A stretch of 64,000 nucleotides of DNA from Candidatus Caldarchaeales archaeon (GCA_039630085.1 JBCNVM010000001.1:128001-192000), one strand, 5' to 3'. Shown: positions 8,558-18,076, numbered from the stretch's first letter. Translations and numbers: made by a program. The notes: a model not told the origin generated them from the letters alone.

Positions 8558-9577
8558 ATGATACTGGGTGCCGCGTTGGGGGAGTACGGCCCGCTCGTCG
8601 ACTCGTTCGGCAGGGTCGCCAAGAAGCTGAGGATCTCGGTGACCGACAGGTGCAACTTCAGGTGCTCCTTCTGCATGCCTAGGAACCCCATCTGGCTCGA
8701 CAGGAGTGAAGTCCTCACGCTCGAGGAGATCGCGAGGCTGACGGCGATCTTCGTCCGGATGGGCGTCGACAGGGTCAGGCTCTCGGGGGGCGAGCCGCTG
8801 GTGAGGAGGGGCATCGTGGACCTCGTGAGGATGCTGAGGGAGATCGAGGGGCTGAGGAGCCTCGCGATGACCACGAACGGCTACTACCTGGCGGAGCTTG
8901 CGGAGCAGCTCAAGTCCGCGGGCCTCGAGAGCGTCACGGTGAGCCTCCACAGCCTCAAGCCCGAGAGGTACGAGGACGTGATAGGCGTGCGAGGGGTCTT
9001 CAGGAAGGTGGTCGAGGGGGTCCGGAGGGCCCTCGAGGTCGGCATGAGGGTGAAGCTGAACGTCGTGGTGATCAGGGGATGCAACGACGACGAGCTGCTC
9101 GACTTCGCGAGGCTCGCGAGGGAGTCCGGCGTCGTGGTCAGGTTCATCGAGTACATGCCCTTCGACGGCGAGAGGCTCTGGAGGCCCGAGCTCGTCGTGA
9201 GCGGGAGGGAGGTCGTCGAGGCCATCTCGAGGGCGTACCCGCTGGTCCGGGAGCCGAGGGAGCCCGGGTCCACCTCCAAGAATTACAGGTTCGCCGACGG
9301 CTCTCCGGGAGGCATCGGGGTCATCACCTCCATCACGGAGCCCTTCTGCAGCGACTGCGATAGGGTGAGGTTGACGGCCGACGGCAAGATCGTCCCATGT
9401 CTTTTCAGCAAGTCCAGCTACGACGTCAAGCCGCTGTTAAGGGGCGGGGCCTCTGACGAAGAGATCGCCACCTTTATCCGGGAGGCCTTCAGGAGGAAGT
9501 TCGCAGGGGTCGAGGCGATGCTCAGGTCCGGGTCGATGCCCGAGCACGTCAGGGCTATGTACACTGTAGGTGGTTGA
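8558..9577 (+). CDS. moaA: GTP 3',8-cyclase
   Basis: CNFRCSFC, FCSDCDRVRLTADGKIVPCL, C-terminal GG. Confidence 0.95.
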   Translation: MILGAALGEYGPLVDSFGRVAKKLRISVTDRCNFRCSFCMPRNPIWLDRSEVLTLEEIARLTAIFVRMGVDRVRLSGGEPLVRRGIVDLVRMLREIEGLRSLAMTTNGYYLAELAEQLKSAGLESVTVSLHSLKPERYEDVIGVRGVFRKVVEGVRRALEVGMRVKLNVVVIRGCNDDELLDFARLARESGVVVRFIEYMPFDGERLWRPELVVSGREVVEAISRAYPLVREPREPGSTSKNYRFADGSPGGIGVITSITEPFCSDCDRVRLTADGKIVPCLFSKSSYDVKPLLRGGASDEEIATFIREAFRRKFAGVEAMLRSGSMPEHVRAMYTVGG

Positions 9578-10070
9578 GGTGGGGACCGAGGGCGTCCACG
9601 TTCCCAAGCTCACGGTCAGGGACGTGCTCCTCAAGGTCGGGAACGTGATCGACGGCAACCAGACGGTCAGGGAGGCGGCGATGATGATGGACAGGCTGGG
9701 TGTCGGGAGCCTCCTCGTGGAATCGGAGGGGAAGCTGGTCGGCATCGTGACGGAGAGGGACCTGGTCGTGAGGGTGCTGGCGACAGGGCTCGACCACACG
9801 AACACGAGGGTCAGGGACGTGATGTCCTATCCGATCATCGCGGTCTCCCCAGAGACTACCCTGGAGGACGCGGTGATGCTGATGGTCAACAACGGTTTCA
9901 GGAGGCTGCCCGTGATCGACAAGGAGGGAAGGCTGCTCGGCATGGTCACGATCGGCGAGGCCGCGAAGGTCCTGGCCGCAGCCCAGAGGACGGTGACCGG
10001 GCTCTTCGAGCTGCTGCTCAGGGTCGCGAGGCCCGCCGAAGAGAGGACCAGGACTCCGATGTACGGGTAG
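9570..10070 (+). CDS. CBS-pair protein
   Basis: LVGIVTERD and RRLPVID motifs. Confidence 0.88.
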   Translation: MVEVGTEGVHVPKLTVRDVLLKVGNVIDGNQTVREAAMMMDRLGVGSLLVESEGKLVGIVTERDLVVRVLATGLDHTNTRVRDVMSYPIIAVSPETTLEDAVMLMVNNGFRRLPVIDKEGRLLGMVTIGEAAKVLAAAQRTVTGLFELLLRVARPAEERTRTPMYG

Positions 10071-10080
10071 CTCCTCCGTG

Positions 10081-10689
10081 TTACCTGCCCCTGGCCCTAG
10101 AGAACCTCCTCTCGACGTCGTCCCAGTTCACGACGTTCCACCAAGCCTCCACATAACTGGCCCTGTCGTTTTTGTATTGTAAATAATAGGCATGCTCCCA
10201 TACATCGATTGCCAGAAGAATGGGTAACTCTGCTAACAAGTGCAGGTTCTGCTTCTCGATCTGAGTCAGGACGAGCGCGTCGGTCTCCGGGTCGTAGAGG
10301 AGGAGGGCCCAACCGACTCCCTCAACGGTCTTGGCCGCGTCGCTGAAGAGCTTCTTGAAGTTCTCGAAGCTCCCGAACTGCTGGTTGATCTTGTCGGCGA
10401 TCGCTCCACCGGGCTTTCCGCCTCCCTTCCCCGCGGGCGCCATGTTCGGCCAGAAGACCGAGTGGAGCTTGTGGCCGTCGAGGTTGAAGCTCAGGTCCCT
10501 CAGCACGGCCCTGACGTCGACCTGCGCCTCGCCCTTAGCGTGCCTCTCGATCTTCTCGAGGGCGGCGTTGGCTCCGTTGACGTAGGCCTGGTGGTGCTTC
10601 GTGTGGTGCAGCCTCATTATCTCCTCGATGATGTAGGGCTCGAGGGCGTTGTACGCATAGGGCAGCTGGGGGAGCTCGTACTTCTTCAT
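10081..10689 (-). CDS. sod: Fe/Mn superoxide dismutase
   Basis: HHTKHHQAYV, GHKLHSVFW, DVWEHAYYLQY. Confidence 0.97.
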   Translation of the reverse strand: MKKYELPQLPYAYNALEPYIIEEIMRLHHTKHHQAYVNGANAALEKIERHAKGEAQVDVRAVLRDLSFNLDGHKLHSVFWPNMAPAGKGGGKPGGAIADKINQQFGSFENFKKLFSDAAKTVEGVGWALLLYDPETDALVLTQIEKQNLHLLAELPILLAIDVWEHAYYLQYKNDRASYVEAWWNVVNWDDVERRFSRARGR

Positions 10690-10729
10690 CGCGCGACCCC
10701 CTCTCCGCCCGGTAATATAGCGATCGCGG

Positions 10730-12421
10730 CTACACGGGGGTCGTCGGGGCCGCGGCCCTCCCCCTGCTCCTCAGAGCCGCCACGAGGCCTTCGGGCATCT
10801 TGGTGAACGGCGGCGCAGGTTCTCCGATCCCGTGCCCAGGCTCGAGCCTCCCTCCGTCCGTGAGCGCCCTCACGGTCCACCTCTCTCGGGGGACCCTGAA
10901 GGTGAGCCGCAGCTGCTCCGACGCCGCGGGCGCGATCGGCCAGAGGAGCACGGAGACCGCGTAGGCGATCTGCGCCGCCACATAGAGCGTGGACGCCGCG
11001 CGGGCCGGGTCCCTCTTGACCTCCGCCCACGGCTCCCTCGAGCTGATGTAGACGTTGCCCCGCCTCGCGAGCTCCAGCAGCAGGCCCACCGAAGACCTGA
11101 AGCTGTTCCTCTCCATTTCCTCCCCGAACCTCCCCGCGAATTCCGGGACGGTCATCAGTAGCTCCTCGCCCTCCGCGTCGAGCGGCCCCGGCTCGGGCAC
11201 CCTCCCCGAGTAGTACCTGGCGAGGAAGCTCAGGACCCTGTGGACGAAGTTCCCGAGGACGTCGTTGAGCTCGTCGTTGATCACGTCCCTGAAGTGGGTC
11301 GCGGAGAAGTTGGAGTCGGCGGTCTCGGGCCTGATCCTGATCAGGTAGAACCTCCAGTAGTCCGGGTCGAGGATCTCGAGGGCCTCGTCGAGCCAGACGC
11401 CCACGCCGGCGCTCTTCGAGAACTTCTGGCCCTCGTAGGTGAGGTACTCGGTCGCGAGGACGTTCCAGGGCAGGTTGAGCCGGTCGTCGTAGGCCATGAG
11501 GAGCGCGGGGAGGATGATCGTGTGGAAGGGGATGTTGTCCTTCCCGATGAAGTAGACGCTCCTCGCCTCCCTGTCGTACCAGAACTCCCTCCACCTCTCC
11601 CTGTCGCCGGTGAGCTCGGCCCACTCGATGCTGGCGGTGATGTAGCCGAGGACCGCCTCGAACCAGACGTAGATCGTCTTCCCCTCCGCACCCGGGAACG
11701 GCGCGGGTATGCCCCACTTGTTGTCCCTCGTCACCGACCGGGGCTTCAGGCCCTCCGCGAGCCAGCTCAGCGTGAAGTTCCTGACGGAGTCGGGGAACCT
11801 GGGGTTCGAGAGGAACCAAGACTTGACCCTCTCCTCCAGCGCAGGCAGGTCGAGGAACCAGTGGTCGGTGGACCTGACCGCGGGCCCGGAGCCGCATATC
11901 GAGCACCTGGGCTCGACGAGGTTCATCGGGTCGAGGACCCTCCCGCACCGCTCGCACTGGTCACCCCTCGCCCTCTCGTAGCCGCAGTGGGGGCACTTCC
12001 CGGTCACGAACCTGTCCGGGAGGAAGATCCTGCAGGACGGACAGTAGAGCTGCTGGACCGACTCCCTGAAGACGTAGCCCCTGTCGTAGAGCTCCGCGAA
12101 GAACCTCCGGGTGAACTCGATGTGGTGCCTCGAGTGCGTCCTCGAGTAGTTGTCGAAGGCGATCCTGAACCTCCCGAAGAGGTCCTTCACGAGCTCGTGC
12201 ATCCTGTCGGTCATCTCCTGCGGGGAGACGCCATCCTTCACCGCTTGGAGCTCGATCGGCGTGCCGTGCTCGTCGGAGCCGCTCACGAAGAGCACCTGGT
12301 CTCCCTTGGAACGCATGTACCTCGCGAAGACGTCAGCGGAGAGCTCGGAGCCTATCAGCGTCCCCAGATGGGGGACCGAGTTGATGTAGGGCCAGGCTCC
12401 GCAGACGATCCACTTCGCGAG
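10730..12421 (-). CDS. metG: Methionyl-tRNA synthetase (start codon non-canonical or uncertain)
   Basis: AWPYIN..PHLG, GSDEHGTPI, Zn knuckles, YVWFEA, GKDNIPFH, KFSKS; frame extends past 12316 to an in-frame TGA at 12428-12430. Confidence 0.93.
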   Translation of the reverse strand, partial: LAKWIVCGAWPYINSVPHLGTLIGSELSADVFARYMRSKGDQVLFVSGSDEHGTPIELQAVKDGVSPQEMTDRMHELVKDLFGRFRIAFDNYSRTHSRHHIEFTRRFFAELYDRGYVFRESVQQLYCPSCRIFLPDRFVTGKCPHCGYERARGDQCERCGRVLDPMNLVEPRCSICGSGPAVRSTDHWFLDLPALEERVKSWFLSNPRFPDSVRNFTLSWLAEGLKPRSVTRDNKWGIPAPFPGAEGKTIYVWFEAVLGYITASIEWAELTGDRERWREFWYDREARSVYFIGKDNIPFHTIILPALLMAYDDRLNLPWNVLATEYLTYEGQKFSKSAGVGVWLDEALEILDPDYWRFYLIRIRPETADSNFSATHFRDVINDELNDVLGNFVHRVLSFLARYYSGRVPEPGPLDAEGEELLMTVPEFAGRFGEEMERNSFRSSVGLLLELARRGNVYISSREPWAEVKRDPARAASTLYVAAQIAYAVSVLLWPIAPAASEQLRLTFRVPRERWTVRALTDGGRLEPGHGIGEPAPPFTKMPEGLVAALRSRGRAAAPTTPV

Positions 12422-12464
12422 CGCCCTTCACCTCCACCGGACCGCTACTTCCCGCCCTCGAGCT

Positions 12465-12713
12465 TTAGCCTTTGCCCTGCCTGGTCTTCAGGATCACGTA
12501 GAGCCTCCCCAGCTTGGCCGCGCCGGACTCGAGCCTGACCTCGACGTAGGGCCTCTCCCTCCGGCCGAAGACGTTCGAGACGTACCCGACCCTGCCCTGC
12601 CCCTCCGCGTAGACCGGCGCCCCGATCTCCGGGACCTCCCTCGCCCTGAGGACGACCGAGTCCTTCAGGCGGCGGACGACGTCGCCCAGCGTCACGACCC
12701 TCTCCCTGCTCAC
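12465..12713 (-). CDS. gar1: H/ACA RNP Gar1/Naf1-like protein
   Basis: P.IGAPVY...VGYVSNVFGR.ERPYVEV; usual rps8e-srp19-gar1 order. Confidence 0.8.
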   Translation of the reverse strand: MSRERVVTLGDVVRRLKDSVVLRAREVPEIGAPVYAEGQGRVGYVSNVFGRRERPYVEVRLESGAAKLGRLYVILKTRQGKG

Positions 12714-12988
12714 CCTCTCATCCTCTCCGCGAGCCGCAGGAGGACCTCGCCCTTACTGACGCCCTTCGGGGGTCTCACTAGCACCGCCGACCCCGGCCTC
12801 CACCAGAACGCCGGGTGCCTGAGTTCAAGCTTCTCGGCCTCCCAGCCCAGCGACGCAGCGGCCCTCAGGACGTCTTCTTGGGTCGGGTTCTTCCTCGCGA
12901 GCCTCGTGGGGACCCTGCGGCCCTCGGACCTGCTCAGCTCCCTGTTGAAGTAGTGCGTCCAGACGACGTACCCGTCCTTCCTGATCAT
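12710..12988 (-). CDS. srp19: Signal recognition particle 19 kDa protein
   Basis: VVWTHYFN..LSRSEGRRVP. Confidence 0.92.
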   Translation of the reverse strand: MIRKDGYVVWTHYFNRELSRSEGRRVPTRLARKNPTQEDVLRAAASLGWEAEKLELRHPAFWWRPGSAVLVRPPKGVSKGEVLLRLAERMRG

Positions 12989-13374
12989 GACGACTTAGGC
13001 TGGACCAAGACCGCGTTGATGACGCCGTCAGCGGACGGCTTCGAGGTGACCCTTGCCACGCCCAGCGGGGTGTCTATCAGCGCGCCCCGAGTCAGGACGC
13101 CCATCCTCGTGAAGTCCGGGTTTGCAGGGTTCTGGACGACCTTCAGTATCTCGGCCCTGACGGTCTTGGACCCGTCGAAGACGTTGGCGTACCTCGCGTG
13201 CCTCACCCTGACCTTTGTGTTCCCTCCCCTCGCCCTCTCGACCAGCCTCTCCTCCTCGCCGACCGTCGGCAGCAGCGGGTCCCTTCCCCTCTCATACCTC
13301 CTCCTCTTCCTGTGGACGCCCTTCTTACCTCCCGTCTTCTTACGCTTGTGGAGGTCGCCGTGCCAGACCGTCAT
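12985..13374 (-). CDS. rps8e: 30S ribosomal protein S8e
   Basis: HKRKKTGGK, RARGGNTK, ARVTSKPSADGVINAVL. Confidence 0.97.
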   Translation of the reverse strand: MTVWHGDLHKRKKTGGKKGVHRKRRRYERGRDPLLPTVGEEERLVERARGGNTKVRVRHARYANVFDGSKTVRAEILKVVQNPANPDFTRMGVLTRGALIDTPLGVARVTSKPSADGVINAVLVQPKSS

Positions 13375-13501
13375 CCTCCGACCGCATCAATCGTCCACCA
13401 AATAAAGCTCCGCGGCCTCCTGAGGCTTCACCGGGTTCTGGACTTCGTCGAGCTGAGGTTCCAAGCCGGCTTGCGGCGAAGAGCTGGGCAGCGACCGCCC
13501 C

Positions 13502-13723
13502 GTGGAGCTGGAGTCTTACTCCGACTCGGTCCAGGGGAACGTCGCGTCGATCAGGGAGGCGCTCCAGCCCCCGGAGGGGGTCGATGACCAAGGGCCCGAG
13601 ATCGTGGACCCTGAGCCGGAGGACGGCAGGCTCGAGGCGCAGGTCGATGACAACTTCAGTCGGACCGCGTTCGCGGTTCTTGAGGCCTCTGCCGAGCTGA
13701 ACGCGGGCGGTCGAGGTTCATAA
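13502..13723 (+). CDS. Hypothetical protein, possibly a decayed paralogue of the next gene
   Basis: RLEAQVDDNFSRTAFAVL resembles RIDANFKWTVGLV of 13751-14245. Confidence 0.3.
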   Translation: MELESYSDSVQGNVASIREALQPPEGVDDQGPEIVDPEPEDGRLEAQVDDNFSRTAFAVLEASAELNAGGRGS

Positions 13724-13750
13724 CAGCTTAATTACCGGTCGCCGACCATT

Positions 13751-14245
13751 GTGCTCGGGTTGACGGTTGGTTACGACCTCGAGGCGCGCCTCGACGCTGT
13801 CGAGAGGGATGTCGTTGCGGTGCTCGTGCGCCTTGAGAACATCGACGAGAGGCTGAGGCTCATCGAAAGGAACGTCGACGAGAAGCTCAAGCTAACGGAA
13901 GAGAAGATCAACAAGAGGCTGGAGGTCGTCGAAGGGAGGTTGGACGACGTAGGGGGAAGATTGGAGGCCGTCGAGAGGAGAATAGGGGTCGTCGAGAACA
14001 GGATGGAGGCCGTCGAGAGGGGCCTAGACGCCGTCGAGAAGAGGCTCGACGTTGTTGAGAGGAGGCTCGATGCCGTCGAGAAGAGGCTCGATCTCGTCGA
14101 GAAGGGGCTAGGGCGCGTCGAGATCAGGCTCGATTCCCTCGTGGACAGGATCGACGCCAACTTCAAGTGGACCGTGGGGCTAGTGGTCGGGGGCTTCGTC
14201 GCGGTGATATCGACCTCGGTCCTCCTGAGGCTCCTCCTCGGGTGA
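13751..14245 (+). CDS. Membrane-anchored coiled-coil protein (DUF1640/CCDC90-like architecture)
   Basis: LDAVEKR-type heptads followed by a C-terminal TM helix. Confidence 0.75.
   Translation: MLGLTVGYDLEARLDAVERDVVAVLVRLENIDERLRLIERNVDEKLKLTEEKINKRLEVVEGRLDDVGGRLEAVERRIGVVENRMEAVERGLDAVEKRLDVVERRLDAVEKRLDLVEKGLGRVEIRLDSLVDRIDANFKWTVGLVVGGFVAVISTSVLLRLLLG
13919..14128 (+). repeat. Degenerate 21-bp coding tandem repeat, about 10 units
   Basis: Units like ctcgatgccgtcgagaagagg encode the heptads. Confidence 0.7.
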
Positions 14246-14309
14246 GAACCTCCCCGAGCGTCGGTCATCCTCTATATCCGCGGCGCGTCTCGGCCTGCAG
14301 GGGCAGGAC

Positions 14310-15254
14310 TTGAACGAGCTGAGGCCCTCCGACGACCTGCGCGAGCTCCTCTCGCGGATACCGGACCTCGAGCTGGAGGAGTTCGTCGAGGCATCTGTCA
14401 GGCCGCTTCCCGAGGCCTTCAGGGTGAACACGCTCAAGATGGGCGAGGACCGGTGCGTCGGGCTACTCCGTGAGATGGGGTGGAGGCTCGAGAGGGTCCC
14501 GTGGGCGAGGCACGCATACAGGCTGATCGAGTGCGAGGAGGGTGAGCCCGGGGGGACGCTGGCCCACAGCCTCGGCCTGATCTACCTCCAGGGCCCCATC
14601 TCGATGGTCCCTGCGGAGGCCCTCGACCCGAGGCCCGGCGAGAAGGTCCTGGACCTCTGCGCGGCTCCGGGGAGCAAGTCGACCCAGATCGCGCAGCTGA
14701 TGGAGAACAGGGGGGTGCTGGTGGCCAACGACGCCTCCTCCGAGAGGATTAAGCCGCTGATCGCGAACCTGCAGAGGTGGGGGGTCTACAACTGCGTGGT
14801 CACCCTCAAGGACGGCAGGTTCTTCGGGAAGAGGGCGAGGGGCCTCTTCGAGAGGACGCTCTGCGACGTCCCCTGCAGCTCGTTGGGCGTTGTGATGAAG
14901 GACTGGTCGGCCGCGAGGACCTACTCCCACGGCAGGTCCGAGAGGCTCGCGAGGCTCCAGCTCTCCCTGCTCCTCGCGGCTTACGACGCGACCGCGCCCG
15001 GAGGCCTCACAGTCTACTCCACCTGTACGGTCCACCCGCTGGAGAACGAGGCGGTCGTCTCGGAGTTCCTCTCGCTGAGGGGGGACGCGGAGGTGGTCGA
15101 GTTCAGGCTCGAGGGCCTGAAGGGGCGGAGGCCGCTGGAGGAGTGGGAGGGCAGGAGGTTCGACCCGATGGTCTCGAGGTGCTTCAAGTGTTACCCGCAG
15201 GACAACGGCGCCGAGGGCTTCTTCGTCGCGCTGATCAGGAAGGGAAGCGGATGA
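14310..15254 (+). CDS. RsmB/NOP2-family RNA m5C methyltransferase
   Basis: VLDLCAAPGSKSTQ, DVPCS, YSTCT..P.ENE. Confidence 0.93.
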   Translation: MNELRPSDDLRELLSRIPDLELEEFVEASVRPLPEAFRVNTLKMGEDRCVGLLREMGWRLERVPWARHAYRLIECEEGEPGGTLAHSLGLIYLQGPISMVPAEALDPRPGEKVLDLCAAPGSKSTQIAQLMENRGVLVANDASSERIKPLIANLQRWGVYNCVVTLKDGRFFGKRARGLFERTLCDVPCSSLGVVMKDWSAARTYSHGRSERLARLQLSLLLAAYDATAPGGLTVYSTCTVHPLENEAVVSEFLSLRGDAEVVEFRLEGLKGRRPLEEWEGRRFDPMVSRCFKCYPQDNGAEGFFVALIRKGSG

Positions 15255-15724
15255 GGGCCGAAGTTCTCGACAGGTCCCAGCGGAAGAGGGTCGAGGAGGC
15301 GCTTAGGGCGGAGTTCGGGGTGGAGGAGGGCCTCGCCGAGGAGCTCGTCGTCCTCTCCAGCTCTGAAGGGAGGGTCAGGGTCGCGACACCCGAGGCGCTC
15401 GAGGTGGCCAGGTCTCTAGGGAGGTTCGAGAGCGTGGGGCTCTACGTCCTGAAGCTGACGAAGTTCGGCGCCTACCTCTCCCTCGAGGGCTCCCAGCTGC
15501 TGGGGGACAGGATCAGGAGGAACGTCGTCGAGGTCGGGAGGGACCAGCTGAGGGCCTGGATGAGGGGCGATCCGATCCCTCTCGAGTCCGTGAAGGGCCC
15601 TGTCGAGGGGCAGTTCGCGGTCGTGAGGTGGGGCGACGTCTACGCGGGGAGCGGGAAGGTCTCGAGGGACGGGAGGATCCACCCGCAAATACCTAAGCAC
15701 AGGAGGCTGCTTGGGGTTGAGTGA
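15251..15724 (+). CDS. PUA/NIP7-like partner of the methyltransferase (RsmF C-terminal-like)
   Basis: LSLEGSQLLG...WMRGDPI...YAGSGK; ATG overlaps the upstream stop. Confidence 0.7.
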   Translation: MRAEVLDRSQRKRVEEALRAEFGVEEGLAEELVVLSSSEGRVRVATPEALEVARSLGRFESVGLYVLKLTKFGAYLSLEGSQLLGDRIRRNVVEVGRDQLRAWMRGDPIPLESVKGPVEGQFAVVRWGDVYAGSGKVSRDGRIHPQIPKHRRLLGVE

Positions 15725-16484
15725 GGGGACGGCCCTCGGCGAGGAGATCCTGAGGAGGCTAAGGTCCGCGCACGGCATCGACTCGCGGGAGTTCGTCTCG
15801 AAGTTCGTCGCCTCGGTCACCGGCTCGCCCTTCAGGGCGCTGGTCGCGACGATCCTCTCGCAGAACTCGACCGACAGGGCCGCGATCGGGGCCTACAGGT
15901 CTTTGGACGAGCTCGTGGGCGTTGACCCCTACAGGCTCGCGGCAACGGACCTCAGGCGCATCAGGAGGGCGATAAGGTCCGCAGGACTCGCGGAGACCAA
16001 GTCGAGGGCGATAAAGTCGCTGGCGGAGTACGCGTCCTCTTCCGGCGACCCGGACCTGAAGCACCTCCTCTCGCGGGGACCCGATGAGGCCCGCAGGGTC
16101 CTCACGTCTTTCAGGGGGATAGGCCCGAAGACCGCCGACGTCGTTCTGGCCACGTTCGGCGTATCCGACACGGTCCCGGTCGACACCCACGTGAGGAGGG
16201 TCGCCGCGAGGCTCGGCCTGGCCAGGGAGGGAGCGGGCTACGAGGAGGTGAGGAGGGCCCTGGACTCGACGTTCCCGCCCTCGACCCGCCACGAGGCCCA
16301 CCTCCTTCTGATCGCACACGGCCGCAGGGTGTGCAGGAGCAGGAGGCCGCTCTGCGAGGAGTGCGTCCTCGGAGACCTCTGCGCCTTCCGGTTGAAGGGG
16401 CTGAAGCGCGGACAGGGGTCGAAGGCCGGCCGACGCCGCGGCGAGGCGGGAGGACAGGTTAATCACCGGACCGCTTCGAGGTGA
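15711..16484 (+). CDS. nth: Endonuclease III
   Basis: LVATILSQN, HhH GIGPKTADVVL, PVDTHV, C-x6-C-x2-C-x5-C. Confidence 0.92.
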   Translation: MGLSEGTALGEEILRRLRSAHGIDSREFVSKFVASVTGSPFRALVATILSQNSTDRAAIGAYRSLDELVGVDPYRLAATDLRRIRRAIRSAGLAETKSRAIKSLAEYASSSGDPDLKHLLSRGPDEARRVLTSFRGIGPKTADVVLATFGVSDTVPVDTHVRRVAARLGLAREGAGYEEVRRALDSTFPPSTRHEAHLLLIAHGRRVCRSRRPLCEECVLGDLCAFRLKGLKRGQGSKAGRRRGEAGGQVNHRTASR

Positions 16485-16488
16485 CGCG

Positions 16489-16680
16489 ATGCCGGAGGAG
16501 TCGGTGGAGCGGGAGGCCTTCGCGAGGATGATCGCCCTAATCGGTCCGGTCGAGGACCTGAAGTACCTGATCAGAGCGCTGGAGTGGCTGAGGTCCGCGG
16601 CGGAGAGGCTGGACCGGTACCTCGGGCCCGACGACCCCCTGCCGGTTCACGGGCAGGTGCCGAGGCATGGGAGTCCGTGA
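16489..16680 (+). CDS. Small protein upstream of amidase (GatC/AtzG-like partner)
   Basis: 63 aa, helical, overlaps the amidase start. Confidence 0.5.
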   Translation: MPEESVEREAFARMIALIGPVEDLKYLIRALEWLRSAAERLDRYLGPDDPLPVHGQVPRHGSP

Positions 16681-18037
16681 GCTGGGCTTAGTCGAGGCCG
16701 CGGCGCTCGTGAGGCGGGGCGATCTGGACCCCGAGGACCTCTACGGGGAGTGCCTCGAGGCGATCAGGAGGCTTAACGGAAGGCTCAGGGCCTTCGTCGC
16801 GGTCTTCGACCCCCCGCTGAGGTCGAAGGGGAGGCGAGGGCCGCTGGCCGGCGCTCCGGTCTCGGTCAAGGACCTCTTCCACGTTAGAGGACATCCGACT
16901 ACCGCGGGCTCGGTCGCCTTCAAGGACAACGTGGCAGGCTACAGCTCGACCGTCGTCGAGAGGGTCCTGAGGGCCTCCGGCGCGATAGTGGGGAAGACCA
17001 ACCTCCACGAGCTGACCTTCGGGATAACAGGCCACAACCCGCACTTCGGGACCGCGGTGAACCCCTGGAGCGAGGGGCGCGTCGCCGGCGGGTCGACGAG
17101 CGGTGGCGCGGTCTCGGTGGCTGCGGGGATGTGCCTGGCGGCGATCGGGACTGACACGGGCGGCTCGATAAGGGTGCCGGCGGCGCTCTGCGGCCTAGTC
17201 GGGTACAAGCCGAGCTACGGGCTGATCAGCAGGCACGGCGTCCTCCCGCTGAGCTGGACGCTCGACACGGTGGGCGTGATCGCGAAGTCGGTGGCTGACG
17301 CGGCCTTCCTCGCGTCGCTCCTGATCGGGCCCGACGGGAAAGACCTCAGCGTCTCCGTGCCCAAGGGCTTCGGGGTTTACCCCCTGAGGGGCCAGAGCCT
17401 GAGGAGGGCGAGGATCGGCGTTCCGAGGAGGTATTTCTGCGAGCTGCTCTCGGAGGACGTGAGGAGGTCCTTCGAGGGCCTCGTCTCCCGCCTCGATTCG
17501 GAGGGCGCCTCGGTCTCCGAGGTCGAGGTGTCGAACGTCGAGCTGATGAGCTCGGCTAGGAGCGTGATCACCCACGCGGAGGCGGCCGCGACCTACGGCA
17601 GGCTGCTGAAGGAGAGGCCCCACGACGTCGGTCAAGACCTCAAGGAGCGCCTGATCCAGGGCCTCTCGACGCCCGCGCCGCTCTACGTGAACGCCCTCAG
17701 GTCGATGCCCAAGCTGATCGGCGAGTTCAGGAGGGCCCTGAAGGGGCTCGACGCCCTGCTGCTCCCCACAACCGCTGTGACCGCTCCGAGGATCGACCAG
17801 AGCTCGGTCGAGGTCGACGGCCGAATCCTCGACGTGAGGGCCGCGCTCCTGAGGAACGTCGAGCCCTTCAACCTGGTCGGCGCTCCGGCGGTCTCGGTTC
17901 CCTGCGGCCTCTCGAGGGAAGGGCTCCCCATGGGCGTGCAGGTCGTCGGAGACGTCCACTCGGACCGCAGGCTGCTCTCTCTCGCGGCCTCGATTGAGCG
18001 CCTCACCGGTGGCGTGAAGCTGCCGGACGTCCCCTGA
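16667..18037 (+). CDS. Amidase-signature enzyme
   Basis: SVKD, GGSTSGG, GTDTGGSIRVPA. Confidence 0.92.
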   Translation: MGVRELGLVEAAALVRRGDLDPEDLYGECLEAIRRLNGRLRAFVAVFDPPLRSKGRRGPLAGAPVSVKDLFHVRGHPTTAGSVAFKDNVAGYSSTVVERVLRASGAIVGKTNLHELTFGITGHNPHFGTAVNPWSEGRVAGGSTSGGAVSVAAGMCLAAIGTDTGGSIRVPAALCGLVGYKPSYGLISRHGVLPLSWTLDTVGVIAKSVADAAFLASLLIGPDGKDLSVSVPKGFGVYPLRGQSLRRARIGVPRRYFCELLSEDVRRSFEGLVSRLDSEGASVSEVEVSNVELMSSARSVITHAEAAATYGRLLKERPHDVGQDLKERLIQGLSTPAPLYVNALRSMPKLIGEFRRALKGLDALLLPTTAVTAPRIDQSSVEVDGRILDVRAALLRNVEPFNLVGAPAVSVPCGLSREGLPMGVQVVGDVHSDRRLLSLAASIERLTGGVKLPDVP

Positions 18038-18076
18038 CCCACCAGAGAGGGCCGCTCGGCGCTCTCCGGGGTGACG

